Positions 35,611 through 46,117 are shown, counted from the first letter of the stretch. The stretch is DNA of 64,000 nt from Fimbriimonadales bacterium (GCA_041744215.1 JBGTLG010000032.1:32001-96000); one strand, 5' to 3'. Numbers and translations: made by a program. The notes: generated by a model from the letters alone, not told the origin.

Positions 35611-38600
35611 CGGAGTCCTCGCATCAGTTCTTGCAGCGCACGGTCAAGTTGCGGATCTTTGCCTGCCATGAAGTCTTCGTTCAGCCAAGGGATGCGGATG
35701 TCCGGCTGCTGCCCCATGTTTTCCATAGGAGTTCCGTCCATACGGTACACGCCGCTCATAGGCATGCGGATGCCGGTTCCATCGACAAGCCGACCGCCCC
35801 ATGTCCAGATTACATAGCCAGGAGTCGGCATTCCGATTAGCTTTGCGAGTCCGCGCTCTTTCATCGCGTAGGGAAACATTTCCGCGTTTGAGAAGCTGTT
35901 CTCATTGTGAAGCACGATGACCGGTTTGTTCCAAACCTCATTATTCGGAGCCGTCTCGACCCAACCGTCGCGCGGTTTGTAGAACCCATGCGGCTGTCTC
36001 TCGAGCACGTCAACTAGCGAGTCGCTGATGTTTCCGCCGCCATTGAAACGGACGTCGATAATCATTGCCTCATTGCCCTGCTTGAACTCGTGGAACTCTT
36101 CTTGGAATCGAGTCCTATCGCCACCGCCCATTCCTCGGATGTGGACATATCCGATCTTTCCGCCAGATGCCGCTTCAACTTTTTTGCGGTTGCCCTCAAC
36201 CCACTGTTCATAGCGATAGTTCGACCATGCGCCAGATGACAGCGCTCTGTACTTCACTTCTCTCGCACCCGTCTTCGACGGCGTCGAGTTGACTGTGAAG
36301 GTAAGGTCGCGCCCCCCCTGATTGTGAAGAACATCCCAAAGCTTTTCGTCAAGCGTCACGTCAACACCATTGATTGCCATGACGTACTCACCTGGCTTGA
36401 TCTGTGTCTTCTCGTACCATGCCGGACTCTTGTCGTACACTCCCTTAACCCTGATTCCGGGTCCCTCGTACGAGTAGTCAAACAAGAAGCCTGGATGGCT
36501 GACACTCGGGCCGCCGCTAGTGCCTCCTGGCGAAGGACTGACTTCCGTGTGCGATCCTTCGAGTTCACCCACCATTAGATTGAGCAGTTCGGCAAACTCG
36601 CGACGATGCCCAACTCCTTCAAGCAGCGGTTCATAACGTGATCGAATCTGAGACCAGTCTCGCCCGTGGAAGTTCTCGTCATAAAATCCTCGGTTGTACA
36701 TTCGCCAGAATTCAACGAACGCAGCTTGTCTAACCAGATCAGCATCTTGAACAAGCTCCGCCCGGAATGCAACATCACTTGAGGGAAAATTCCCGCTCAA
36801 CGTCACTTTGAATGGCATACCGGCGCGCAGACCGAACGCTGTCTTGCCGTCTTCGGAAAGGGTGAACGATGACACGGTAGGCACGATCTGACGTGCGTTC
36901 TTACCGTCGTAGTCGACCTGCCAGAGCCCACCAGCGCTCAAGAAAAAGACCTTGCCTGTTTCCTTGTCTGCGAGAATGTTTCCGCTCGGAGACTGCGTAA
37001 AGAACCGGCGCACGCGAAGGTGAATATCTTCGAAGTCTATCTCAATCGAGAGCGTTTCAGGCTTTGCATACTTCATGGTCGCTTCATCCGGATCCTCGAT
37101 TTCCTTCTGCAGAGGAAGAATGAAGAAACCACCGCCGTCTCGTGAAGAGTTGAGATAGAGATACTTCCCGTCGGCGGACCAACCCAAAGAAGAATGGTTC
37201 ACATTTCGGCGAGTCACGTTCTGCGGTGTGCCGCCTTCGGCCCTAACGATCCACGCGTTCCAAGTGCCGCCGGGTTGTCTCCGCGTGAAGGCGATCCACC
37301 GGCTATCCGGCGACCATTTGAACTCACCTGCGCTGGTTCCAAAGAAGTGTGTGCCAGGCTGCTCTACAATCTTACGAGGAGAGGAAATGCCGCTAACCCG
37401 ATAAGTGTAGAGGCCGCCTGCGTCGCCAGCCATCCAAAACGCGAGCGTGGTTCCGTCCGGCGAGAGAGTGGGGGAGAGTACGTCGGAGTCGGCATGCGTG
37501 ATCTGATCGACCTTTTTCGTTGCGGGATCAATCGAGAAAAGCTTTCGCGCCCCGTCGCGATCGCTTACGAAAAAGATCTTGTTGCCTGAGCGATCCCAAG
37601 CAATCTCCCCATCGACTCCGGGATAGTCTGTCAGCCGCTCGGCGTCGTCTTTGTTTCGACCCGTGCCCTTTTCAACAGGAACCGTCCAAATCTCTGCGCC
37701 AGCGACCAGCGCAAACGTTTTACCGTCGGGAGAAATTTGCGCCTCCGACGCTCCACTTGTCAAGACTTGCCTCTCAATGCTGTTCTGTTTCGCGTCCGAG
37801 TAAACAACGATGTCGATTTTCGATGTCGAGCTTCCTTGCATGAGGTGCAGTTCGCCCGCGCGCTCGTAAACGAGCGTGCCGTCTTTAGCGATCGAAAAGT
37901 GACGAATTGGCTCACCGACTGAATCAGTGACCCGCGCCCCTCTTCCAGTCAAATCAAATCGCCAGATGTTTGGTGTTTTGTTTGCATTGTCTACAAACTT
38001 TTGCGGCTCATCGAAAATGTTTCTTGAGCTCGGGGTGACTTCTCCATATGTAACGGCGTAGATGTGTCGGCCATCATGCGAGAATTGCGGCCACAGATTC
38101 TGTCGCTCGTTATCGACAATGCGCTTTACTGCGCCGGTCGCGACGTCGATAGTCACGATTTGCGCACCATTGCCGCCGCTGTAGCGCGGTCGCGTCCATG
38201 CGAAACCCAGCCGTGTCGCGACGATCGTCCGGCCGTCAGGTGAGAACCGTGGATTGCTCAGACCCTGATAGTCTTCGGCGACCATGCGAAATCTGAGAGA
38301 GCGGACGTCAAGGATGAAGACTCCTCCAAAGGGAGAGTCTCGCTGCCCAGAGAACGCAATCCACCTGCCGTCGGGCGACCAACCTGTCGCTACCTCATTG
38401 TTGCCGCTATACGTAAGTTGTCTGGGCTCGCCACCTTCGGCGGGAATCGCAAAGACATCATAGTTTCCGTTTCGATCGCTCGCGAACGCGATCCACTTTC
38501 CATCAGGGCTCCAGAGAGGAGCCGTCTCCAGTTCGATGTGGCTCGTGACTCTCGAGGCTCGACCTCCAGTGGATGGAACGACCCAAATGTCGCCGCGCCA

Positions 38601-38738
38601 CTGAAATGCGATCTTCGACCCATCAGGACTGATCGCCGGCTGCCGCATCCCGCGAATCGGCTTCGATTCGATGGGGCCAATCTGGGCAGAAGCGCCAGCA
38701 ACGATGAAGAAGGCGACAAAAACGAGGATAACGCGCAT
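35607..38738 (-). CDS. Tricorn-like S41 peptidase with PD40 beta-propellers and PDZ domain
   Basis: SPDG repeats, GELEGSH, IGYVHIRGM, DVRFNGGG, SFSNAE; signal peptide. Confidence 0.93.
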   Translation of the reverse strand: MRVILVFVAFFIVAGASAQIGPIESKPIRGMRQPAISPDGSKIAFQWRGDIWVVPSTGGRASRVTSHIELETAPLWSPDGKWIAFASDRNGNYDVFAIPAEGGEPRQLTYSGNNEVATGWSPDGRWIAFSGQRDSPFGGVFILDVRSLRFRMVAEDYQGLSNPRFSPDGRTIVATRLGFAWTRPRYSGGNGAQIVTIDVATGAVKRIVDNERQNLWPQFSHDGRHIYAVTYGEVTPSSRNIFDEPQKFVDNANKTPNIWRFDLTGRGARVTDSVGEPIRHFSIAKDGTLVYERAGELHLMQGSSTSKIDIVVYSDAKQNSIERQVLTSGASEAQISPDGKTFALVAGAEIWTVPVEKGTGRNKDDAERLTDYPGVDGEIAWDRSGNKIFFVSDRDGARKLFSIDPATKKVDQITHADSDVLSPTLSPDGTTLAFWMAGDAGGLYTYRVSGISSPRKIVEQPGTHFFGTSAGEFKWSPDSRWIAFTRRQPGGTWNAWIVRAEGGTPQNVTRRNVNHSSLGWSADGKYLYLNSSRDGGGFFILPLQKEIEDPDEATMKYAKPETLSIEIDFEDIHLRVRRFFTQSPSGNILADKETGKVFFLSAGGLWQVDYDGKNARQIVPTVSSFTLSEDGKTAFGLRAGMPFKVTLSGNFPSSDVAFRAELVQDADLVRQAAFVEFWRMYNRGFYDENFHGRDWSQIRSRYEPLLEGVGHRREFAELLNLMVGELEGSHTEVSPSPGGTSGGPSVSHPGFLFDYSYEGPGIRVKGVYDKSPAWYEKTQIKPGEYVMAINGVDVTLDEKLWDVLHNQGGRDLTFTVNSTPSKTGAREVKYRALSSGAWSNYRYEQWVEGNRKKVEAASGGKIGYVHIRGMGGGDRTRFQEEFHEFKQGNEAMIIDVRFNGGGNISDSLVDVLERQPHGFYKPRDGWVETAPNNEVWNKPVIVLHNENSFSNAEMFPYAMKERGLAKLIGMPTPGYVIWTWGGRLVDGTGIRMPMSGVYRMDGTPMENMGQQPDIRIPWLNEDFMAGKDPQLDRALQELMRGLR

Positions 38739-38817
38739 GAGCGTAACGTTACCGCAACAAGGCAGTGGAAGGCGAGAGTGACGCAGCCTCCCGAGCCGGA
38801 AGCATCAGGGGAGAAGA

Positions 38818-39288
38818 CTAGACGCCCGACTGCTCTCCGTCGTCATCTTTGTCTCGAAAGAGTTGACCGATCCGCTGCGCGATTTGCGACATCGCCACCG
38901 CCATCATCTCTGGCGACATGGTGTCCGACGGACCCCTAAAGATGGGCGACTCATAGGGAAGGAAGCCCTCTTTTGCAAGTCGTAGCATGGCTGCCTGCGA
39001 TCCGTCCGCTGATCGCCCCTTGATTCGTTCAGCATTCAGCTCCTTTTGAATAGGCTGCCGCATAAAAGAGCGACGGATGTCCGTGATAAACTTGTCCATC
39101 ACCACGGCGAATTCATATCTCGTGACTGGCTGCTCCCCTTGGAATGCTTTGCCTTCTCCAGTCGGCAGCATCTTCATCAAGACAAGGTTCTCAACTGCGC
39201 TGCCAGCCCAGTGGTCCTTTGGCACGTCCGAGTATCCGCCCGACTGAAGCGCGATGGCTACGGCTGCGATGAGTGTGTCGATCCACAT
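38818..39288 (-). CDS. S-layer homology (SLH) domain protein
   Basis: YSDVPKDHWA...FQGEQPVTRYEFA; a second degenerate SLH repeat follows. Confidence 0.88.
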   Translation of the reverse strand: MWIDTLIAAVAIALQSGGYSDVPKDHWAGSAVENLVLMKMLPTGEGKAFQGEQPVTRYEFAVVMDKFITDIRRSFMRQPIQKELNAERIKGRSADGSQAAMLRLAKEGFLPYESPIFRGPSDTMSPEMMAVAMSQIAQRIGQLFRDKDDDGEQSGV

Positions 39289-39303
39289 ATTGTTTCTCCA
39301 GGT

Positions 39304-40311
39304 TTACCTTTTAAGAGCTTTCGATAGTGTCGGAAGCTCTTCGAGCGCTCGCCCTGTGCCCAGTGCGACACAGTGGATGGCGTTCTCTGCAACTCGCACC
39401 GGAACTTCGGTGACAGCTGAAAGTAGGTAGTCGATTCCGCGAAGCATTGCCCCGCCACCAGTTACGACGATCCCGCGCGAGATAATGTCGCTTCCCAATT
39501 CTGGTGGAGTGTGCTCTAAGACCGTACAAACTTTTTCGGTGATCTGCCGGAGTGGGTCGGTGAGCGCTTCGCGAATCTCTTCACTCGACACTTCGACTGT
39601 CCTCGGCAAGCCGGCCATAAGGTCGCGGCCACGCACCTCAAGCCGAAGTTCTTGTTCGAGAGGATAGGCGGACCCGATCTTCATCTTGATCTCTTCAGCA
39701 GTCCGTTCGCCGACCATCAGATTGTATGCGCCTCGCATATGCCGAATGATCGCTTCGTCGAGCTTGTTTCCGCCAACACGAAGGCTTTCCGAGATGACCA
39801 GCCCGCCGAGGGAGATCACAGCGATGTCGGTCGTCCCGCCGCCAATATCGATCACCATGTTGCCGCCGGGAGAGCTAATAGGCATGCCCGCTCCGATCGC
39901 GGCAGCCATCGGTTCTTCGATCGGCACTACATCGCCCGCGCCCGCTTCTTGGGCTGCCTGCTTGACAGCGCGCCTCTCGACGTTCGTTGCGCTGCTCGGT
40001 ACGCAGATAACGAGCTTTGGGCGTACAAGGCGCCGCTTCCCTGCTACTCGCGCCAACAGAAACTCGAGCATCTTGAGAGTGTGAGTGTAGTCAGCAATAA
40101 CCCCGTCTTTGAGAGGTCTGATAGCGATGATGTCGCCGGGCGTTCTGCCCAACATCTCTCTCGCCGCTTCGCCAACCGCTAGCACCTTCCGTGTGGAGAC
40201 ATTCAGCGCGACGACCGTCGGCTCTTCAAGGACAATGCCTTCTCCTCTCTTGTAAACGAGGATGTTGGAAGTTCCCAGGTCAATTCCAAGCTCGGTGCTT
40301 AACCGGACCAT
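39304..40311 (-). CDS. mreB: Rod shape-determining protein MreB/Mbl
   Basis: GIDLGTSN, RPLKDGVIAD, EEPMAAAIG, DIGGGTTD, GERTAE, TGGGAMLRG. Confidence 0.97.
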   Translation of the reverse strand: MVRLSTELGIDLGTSNILVYKRGEGIVLEEPTVVALNVSTRKVLAVGEAAREMLGRTPGDIIAIRPLKDGVIADYTHTLKMLEFLLARVAGKRRLVRPKLVICVPSSATNVERRAVKQAAQEAGAGDVVPIEEPMAAAIGAGMPISSPGGNMVIDIGGGTTDIAVISLGGLVISESLRVGGNKLDEAIIRHMRGAYNLMVGERTAEEIKMKIGSAYPLEQELRLEVRGRDLMAGLPRTVEVSSEEIREALTDPLRQITEKVCTVLEHTPPELGSDIISRGIVVTGGGAMLRGIDYLLSAVTEVPVRVAENAIHCVALGTGRALEELPTLSKALKR

Positions 40312-41591
40312 CGACCGGCCTTCTCCCATTCATTGACCGGAATCCGCTCAATCCGTGCGCCGAGCGAACGCAACGATTCTTCAAAACTTTCGTAACCGCG
40401 ATCGATGTACATGACATTTTTGACAACGGTTTCTCCAATCGCGCTGAGGCCGGCGACGACAAGCGCCGCGCCCGCCCGAAGGTCTGTTGCCTCGACGACT
40501 GCGCCTTGAAGGTGATCGACTCCTGTGATCACGCTCGTCCTACCTTCTTGCCGAATCTTCGCGCCCATCCTATTGAGTTCGTCGATGTGGCCGATTCGGC
40601 TCTCGTATATCGTTTCTTCGAGCGTGCTCACCCCGTGAGCGATTGAGAGCAGAGACGCCATCGGCTGTTGGATGTCTGTCGGGAATCCAGGGTACGGCAT
40701 CGTTTTCACGCTGATCGATTGCATGTATCGATTGCCGATTACCCGAATCCAATCCGGGCCCTCATGGACAGTTACGCCCATCTCCTTCAGTTTGCTCATG
40801 ACCGGGGCTTGGAATTCGGGGAGTACGCCTTCCACGGTCACATCACCGAACGTCGCGGCTCCTGCGAGCAGGTAGGTTCCGGCTTGCAGTCTGTCTGCAG
40901 GGATGTTGTACTCTCCGCCACGAAGTCTGCTTACTCCGCCGATAGTGATGGTGCTGGTGCCCGCGCCTTCTACGCGCGCCCCCATGCGATTGAGGAAGTC
41001 GGCAAGCGCGGTTACTTCGGGCTCCATCGCCGCGTTCTTAATCACCGTTGGTCCGTCGGCAAGTGTCGCCGCGGCCATAAGGTGTTGACTCGCGCCCGCG
41101 CTTGGGAAATCGAGATAGACCTCCGCGCCGGTCAGCTTGTCAGCAGTCGCTTCGTAGAACCCTCCGTTTAGCTGAATGTCCGCGCCGAACTGCGCCAAGC
41201 CCTTAAGGTGGAAATCGAGGGGTCGAGCACCGATCCTGCAACCCCCGGGCTGAGGGATCGTCGCTTTGCCGAGCCGAGCGAGCAGAGGACCGAGGACATA
41301 GAAAGAGGTCCGGATGTTGCGAACCATCTGGGGATCAGGTTCAGCGTATCGAAGGTTTGAACAGTCGATCGTGACCGCGGAGCCGTCCTCCCACCGATCA
41401 ACTTTCGCGCCGAACTGCTCCAGGATCTTAAGCTTGACGTCGACGTCGCTGATGTTGGGAAGCCCACGGAGCGTGACCGGCTCGTCGCAAAGTAAGACGC
41501 CAGAAAGGATCGCGAGAGACGCGTTCTTGCTTCCGTGAACGCGTATGCGTCCGTGCAGTTCTTGCCCGCCGTCGATCCGGTAGATACTCAC
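40299..41591 (-). CDS. murA: UDP-N-acetylglucosamine 1-carboxyvinyltransferase
   Basis: GSKNA, PGGCRIGARP (active-site Cys), PYPGFPTDIQ, TDLRAGA, IDRGYE. Confidence 0.97.
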   Translation of the reverse strand: MSIYRIDGGQELHGRIRVHGSKNASLAILSGVLLCDEPVTLRGLPNISDVDVKLKILEQFGAKVDRWEDGSAVTIDCSNLRYAEPDPQMVRNIRTSFYVLGPLLARLGKATIPQPGGCRIGARPLDFHLKGLAQFGADIQLNGGFYEATADKLTGAEVYLDFPSAGASQHLMAAATLADGPTVIKNAAMEPEVTALADFLNRMGARVEGAGTSTITIGGVSRLRGGEYNIPADRLQAGTYLLAGAATFGDVTVEGVLPEFQAPVMSKLKEMGVTVHEGPDWIRVIGNRYMQSISVKTMPYPGFPTDIQQPMASLLSIAHGVSTLEETIYESRIGHIDELNRMGAKIRQEGRTSVITGVDHLQGAVVEATDLRAGAALVVAGLSAIGETVVKNVMYIDRGYESFEESLRSLGARIERIPVNEWEKAGRWSG

Positions 41592-41732
41592 TTAGTCCAC
41601 TGCGGCGCTGGGCTGCCTTTAGAGATCAGTCGCCCGCATACTCCTCCGAGGAGGGTCAGTTTACCTCCCCCAACATCGCCTTACCCATTCGCGGCCGCAG
41701 GCTATAGCAATTGGCGACCATAATCTTTGGCC

Positions 41733-41948
41733 ATGCGCCGGTTCAATAGCGAGGCTGTGGACAGGAAAGACCTCGTTCACGCCTTTTTTGCGGGCGGGCC
41801 GGTTCGGCTGTCAAAGGCCAGCGGGCTCTGCATGCTCTGCCGTACAGGCCCTGTGAACGACGCAGGGCTCTGTGAAGGCTGTTTTGCGAACCTGACTGAC
41901 GAGGAGTGGGCGGCAGCTCGACCGTGGATCGAGGGGCGGCAAACTTGA
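41733..41948 (+). CDS. Small Cys4 zinc-finger-like protein
   Basis: CMLC...CEGC; its TGA overlaps the TTG start of the next gene. Confidence 0.6.
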   Translation: MRRFNSEAVDRKDLVHAFFAGGPVRLSKASGLCMLCRTGPVNDAGLCEGCFANLTDEEWAAARPWIEGRQT

Positions 41949-42793
41949 ACGTAGTCCTGGTGGTCGTGATCGTCGCCGCTGCCATCGCCCTTGGATTCTG
42001 GGTTTCCTCGCGCAGGAGGTTAGGTCCAAAGCTACCTAAAGTCAAAATCGAATTCTGGATCTACTCACCCGTCGCCGATAGACCAAGTGACTCGGCAATA
42101 CTCAAAAGGGTCCTCGGTGAGAATCCGCACCGGGCGGGTTTGGGCAAGAAAGAGGGACTGGTACTCAGTGACATTCGCTTCCACATCGGGGTAGCGAAGT
42201 CAGACGCCAATCCGTTCCTCTTCCACCCCGAAGTTCTCGCGGAGCCTGATGCCGATGTGCCCGGTGCAATCGCGCGCTTGATGGAAGGATGCGAAACGAT
42301 GTTTCGAGTCACCTACATTTCAGAAGCGGAAGTCGACGCGCGCTCACCGTTGCAGTTCTGCTGGCACGCGACAGATGCGATTACGGAGATCTGTGGATCG
42401 AGGCTCGTGTTCGATACTATTGCGCAGCGATTTTGGCCAGAGCGCACCCTCTACGAAGCGCTCGCTGACAACCCAGACGCGGCAAGGTTCGACACGAATG
42501 TCTCAATCAGGTGGGCGGAGTCTCCAGACGACGCGACTGCGTTCAGCCGAGGAATGACGAAGTTGGGGCTGCCTGACATCGAGATGCGCGGTGTCCCAAT
42601 TGACCACAAAACCGTCGCGCTCTTCCTCGTAGAGGCGGTCGCGCGCCGCCTCTGGGATGAAGGCTGGACAAACGACATTGAGATTGACGGATTCGGGGAA
42701 ACGTTCATCGTAAGGCTCAGCGAGCCCAAGCCGGATGCATCCGGGCGGCGGCTTGTGACGGACGCGCAGGCGGTCCGCAGACTGAGGGGATAG
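41945..42793 (+). CDS. Membrane-anchored hypothetical protein
   Basis: N-terminal TM; SRGMTKLGLPDIE resembles a DUF4261-like motif (uncertain). Confidence 0.75.
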   Translation: MNVVLVVVIVAAAIALGFWVSSRRRLGPKLPKVKIEFWIYSPVADRPSDSAILKRVLGENPHRAGLGKKEGLVLSDIRFHIGVAKSDANPFLFHPEVLAEPDADVPGAIARLMEGCETMFRVTYISEAEVDARSPLQFCWHATDAITEICGSRLVFDTIAQRFWPERTLYEALADNPDAARFDTNVSIRWAESPDDATAFSRGMTKLGLPDIEMRGVPIDHKTVALFLVEAVARRLWDEGWTNDIEIDGFGETFIVRLSEPKPDASGRRLVTDAQAVRRLRG

Positions 42794-42821
42794 CCTGGTC
42801 TCGCGGTATTCTTCGCCGCGC

Positions 42822-44048
42822 ATGACGATCGGCGAACAAGTGGAATTCCTCTCGCGAGGCTGTGCAGATTTGATCAGCCCGGAGGATCTTGCCGTGAAGC
42901 TTGAGAAAAGCGCAGCTTCCGGCAAGCCCCTGCGAGTCAAGCTTGGGGTCGATCCCACCGCTCCGCACGTTACGCTCGGCTGGGCAGTCGTACTAAGGAA
43001 GCTGCGGCACTTTCAAGAGCTTGGGCACACTGCGGTGCTGATCGTGGGCGACTTCACGGCGATGATCGGCGATCCCAGTGGTAAATCGAAGACGCGCCCG
43101 CAACTCACTCGCGAGGAGATACAAAAACACGTTTCCGCTGTCGAGAAACAGTTCCACAAGGTGCTGATCAAGGAGCGGACGGAGATTCGCTACAACGCCG
43201 ATTGGCTCGGAGGGATGAGTTTTGCCGATGTCATCCGACTGACGTCTCGAGTAACTGTTGCCAGGATTTTGGAGCGAGATGACTTTCAGAACAGGCTGGC
43301 GGAAGAGCGCCCGATCGGGATGCACGAAATCCTCTACCCTCTGTGTCAAGCCTACGATTCCGTGGCGGTCGACTCTGACATCGAGCTGGGTGGCACTGAC
43401 CAAAGGTTCAACAACCTGATGGGGCGCAACCTGCAGGCCCAGTTCGGCCAGGAACCGCAGGTCGTGATGCTCATGCCGTTGCTCGTTGGCACGGACGGAA
43501 AGGAGAAGATGTCCCAGTCTCTCGGCAATTACATCGGCGTCGATGACGAACCAAACGACATGTATGGCAAGACGATGTCGATCCCAGACCAACTGATAGA
43601 GAGTTGGTTTACTTTGTGCACGGATGTGCCGGTGAGCGAAATCCAAGAGATAGAATCTCAGATATCAGCCGGCGCGCTCAATCCCCGCGATGCGAAGCGC
43701 AGGTTGGCGAAGGAGATCGTGACTTTGTATCACTCGGCCGAAGCCGCAGCGGCCGCGGATGATTACTTCATCAACACTTTCAGCAAACGGAGCGAACCTG
43801 TGGACGCCCCGGAGGCAGTCATTCCTGCCGAGTTGGTCAAGGATGGGGCCCTCACGATCCCAGCGCTATTGACATCACTCGGGATCACGAAGAGCAACGG
43901 AGAGGCTCGGCGACTGATGGCGGGTGGCGGCGTGAGCCTCGATGGCCAGCGCATGACCGATCCGACTCAAGGCTTCAGTGTGGAGGCGCTTGCTGGGAAG
44001 GTTCTAAGGGCCGGAAAACACACCTTCCGCAAACTGATGTCCCCATGA
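42822..44048 (+). CDS. tyrS: Tyrosine--tRNA ligase
   Basis: KLGVDPTAPHVTLGW, GDPSG, YPLCQAYD, GGTDQ, KMSQS, C-terminal S4 domain. Confidence 0.97.
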   Translation: MTIGEQVEFLSRGCADLISPEDLAVKLEKSAASGKPLRVKLGVDPTAPHVTLGWAVVLRKLRHFQELGHTAVLIVGDFTAMIGDPSGKSKTRPQLTREEIQKHVSAVEKQFHKVLIKERTEIRYNADWLGGMSFADVIRLTSRVTVARILERDDFQNRLAEERPIGMHEILYPLCQAYDSVAVDSDIELGGTDQRFNNLMGRNLQAQFGQEPQVVMLMPLLVGTDGKEKMSQSLGNYIGVDDEPNDMYGKTMSIPDQLIESWFTLCTDVPVSEIQEIESQISAGALNPRDAKRRLAKEIVTLYHSAEAAAAADDYFINTFSKRSEPVDAPEAVIPAELVKDGALTIPALLTSLGITKSNGEARRLMAGGGVSLDGQRMTDPTQGFSVEALAGKVLRAGKHTFRKLMSP

Positions 44049-44383
44049 CCAGGATCATCGCGTACTTCCGGCCTCACAAGCTCGAAGAGGTCAAGAACGC
44101 GCTGGGTGACCGGGGCGTGACTGGAATCACGGTCGGGGATGCTCGCGGGTGTGGCAGCAGCGAAGAACCATCAGAGTGGATGCTGGGCAAGGAGTTCGTA
44201 GTCGCATTGCCCGCCCGCGTGCGCCTGGAGGCAGTGGTGCCATCAGAGCAGGTCGAGGAGGCAGTCCAGGCGATTCTAGCTGCTGCGCGGACAGGCAGAC
44301 CGGGAGACGGGAAGATCTTTCTGCAGCGGGTAGAGGAGGCAATCAGGGTCAGAACTGGGGAGAGAGGGCCTCCGGCGATCTAA
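44045..44383 (+). CDS. P-II family signal transduction protein with divergent T-loop
   Basis: RPHKLEEVK, GVTGITV, ARTGRPGDGKIF, IRVRTGE. Confidence 0.9.
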   Translation: MTRIIAYFRPHKLEEVKNALGDRGVTGITVGDARGCGSSEEPSEWMLGKEFVVALPARVRLEAVVPSEQVEEAVQAILAAARTGRPGDGKIFLQRVEEAIRVRTGERGPPAI

Positions 44384-44453
44384 CAGACCGAACCTGTCGA
44401 CGCCTCCGCCGCGTCCAATTTCGGGTATCAACACCCCTACCGAGGGATCACCT

Positions 44454-46103
44454 ATGAAAAAAGTTCTCTTATGCCTCCCGATGCTGCTCTTGGCGGCAAC
44501 GTTTGCCTTCGCCACTGACATCAAGATCAACGCTTCTTTGAAGGACGGCGACAAGATCGCCGGCAAGGTCCAGCTCAGAGTGACCGTTGAATCCGACGTC
44601 CCCGTCAACCAAGTTGAGTTCTACCATGATGGTCGGCTGTTGCTCACGGATACCAGCACACCCTATGTCCTTGACATCAACACGATCATTGAGGATGAGG
44701 GCGCCTACGAAGTAGAAGTTGCCGTTTATCTGACGAATGGAGAAAACAAGCGGCAAACGATTCGGCTCCTGGTCGACAACAACGTTGGCGCAGGTGCAGC
44801 TGTGCACACAGAGAATGCGGTCCGTTTTCTTCAGGTTGGTAACTACGATGGAGCGATCCAGGCTGGACTAGTCGCTCTGAAAGCTGACGAAAACCACGCA
44901 CCTGCGAAGATTGCAGTTGCCCGCGGATTCTACGGTAAGGAAGATTTTGCTGAGGCGCAGACTTTCGCAGAAAGCGCGTTGATTGACGGCGAGAATCGCG
45001 ATGCCTACGATATCCTCAGCGCCATTTTTGCGAAGCGATCGTTCCGACTCTTGGCAACAGGAACAGACAAGGCTAAAGCGATGCAGGAGATTACGCAATC
45101 GCTCAAGTCTGCGGTCCAGAATAGACGCAAGGCTATCCAGATGGACCTTCGGTCAGCGGGTACCCCCACCGACGAAAATGTGTTCCGCATCGCATCCCTC
45201 CACATTCAAAACAACGAGTTCGGCGCGGTATCAAGACTGATGCGAGCGCGATACAACGAGTTTGACCCAGACACGCGCGTTGCGAATATGCTGCTCTACA
45301 GTCTGCTTCGTCAAGGAAAGATCGCAGAGGCGTCAGCAGTCGTCGATCAAATGGGCAAGCACGGCGCGCCCGATGAGGCGACATTTGCGCTGATGGCAGC
45401 CGCGTACGCGTACTACCGAAACTATTCAAAGGCAGACGAAGCCTTGCGAAACGCAACCTTGGCGGGTGCTGACGACAATCCGCTTGTCATGACATCCGCC
45501 GCGTTTGTCGCGATCAAAAAGAACGATCGCCGCGCTGTGCAGAGCCAAGTCCAGGCCATGGTCCAGAAAAGCGTCGCGCGAGCCGAGGTGTACTTCTACC
45601 TTTCGGTACTGCAACTCTATCTCAACGATGTGATGGCTGCACGTGACAACTTTGAACGCACCTTGGTGTCGGATCCGCTGCTATACGACGCCTACATTCA
45701 TGAGGGGTTTGTCTCGCTCGGCAAGGCCAGAGTAAGCGATGATAAGGAACTTTTGAATGCGCAGGCTGCAGGATACATGGAAGTCGCTCTCGAAGCCGCT
45801 CCAGACTCACCTGAAGCTCTCAACGGGCTTGCCATCGTATACTTGATGCAAAACAAAAATGCTGAAGCCCTGCGCATGGCAGAGGCGGCAGTTCGAGCGG
45901 GCCCAGAACATGCATTCACCTGGTACACGTATTCCTGCGCCCTTGACCGCGCTAGACAAACCGTCGAAGCAAAAAACGCAATCAGCCGAGCCGGCGAAAT
46001 CGACACCGACAATCTCAAGGGTCGAGCAATCGCGACAGTCGAAGAAGCGTGGAACTACACGGTGACTCACGGTCGCATTGCAACACTCGTCCCTCCGCAG
46101 TAA
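44454..46103 (+). CDS. Secreted Ig-like domain plus TPR protein
   Basis: Signal peptide; VEFYHDGRLLLTDTSTPY (Big-like); TPR-type helical repeats. Confidence 0.85.
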   Translation: MKKVLLCLPMLLLAATFAFATDIKINASLKDGDKIAGKVQLRVTVESDVPVNQVEFYHDGRLLLTDTSTPYVLDINTIIEDEGAYEVEVAVYLTNGENKRQTIRLLVDNNVGAGAAVHTENAVRFLQVGNYDGAIQAGLVALKADENHAPAKIAVARGFYGKEDFAEAQTFAESALIDGENRDAYDILSAIFAKRSFRLLATGTDKAKAMQEITQSLKSAVQNRRKAIQMDLRSAGTPTDENVFRIASLHIQNNEFGAVSRLMRARYNEFDPDTRVANMLLYSLLRQGKIAEASAVVDQMGKHGAPDEATFALMAAAYAYYRNYSKADEALRNATLAGADDNPLVMTSAAFVAIKKNDRRAVQSQVQAMVQKSVARAEVYFYLSVLQLYLNDVMAARDNFERTLVSDPLLYDAYIHEGFVSLGKARVSDDKELLNAQAAGYMEVALEAAPDSPEALNGLAIVYLMQNKNAEALRMAEAAVRAGPEHAFTWYTYSCALDRARQTVEAKNAISRAGEIDTDNLKGRAIATVEEAWNYTVTHGRIATLVPPQ

Positions 46104-46117
46104 TCGTGAGCTGATGC

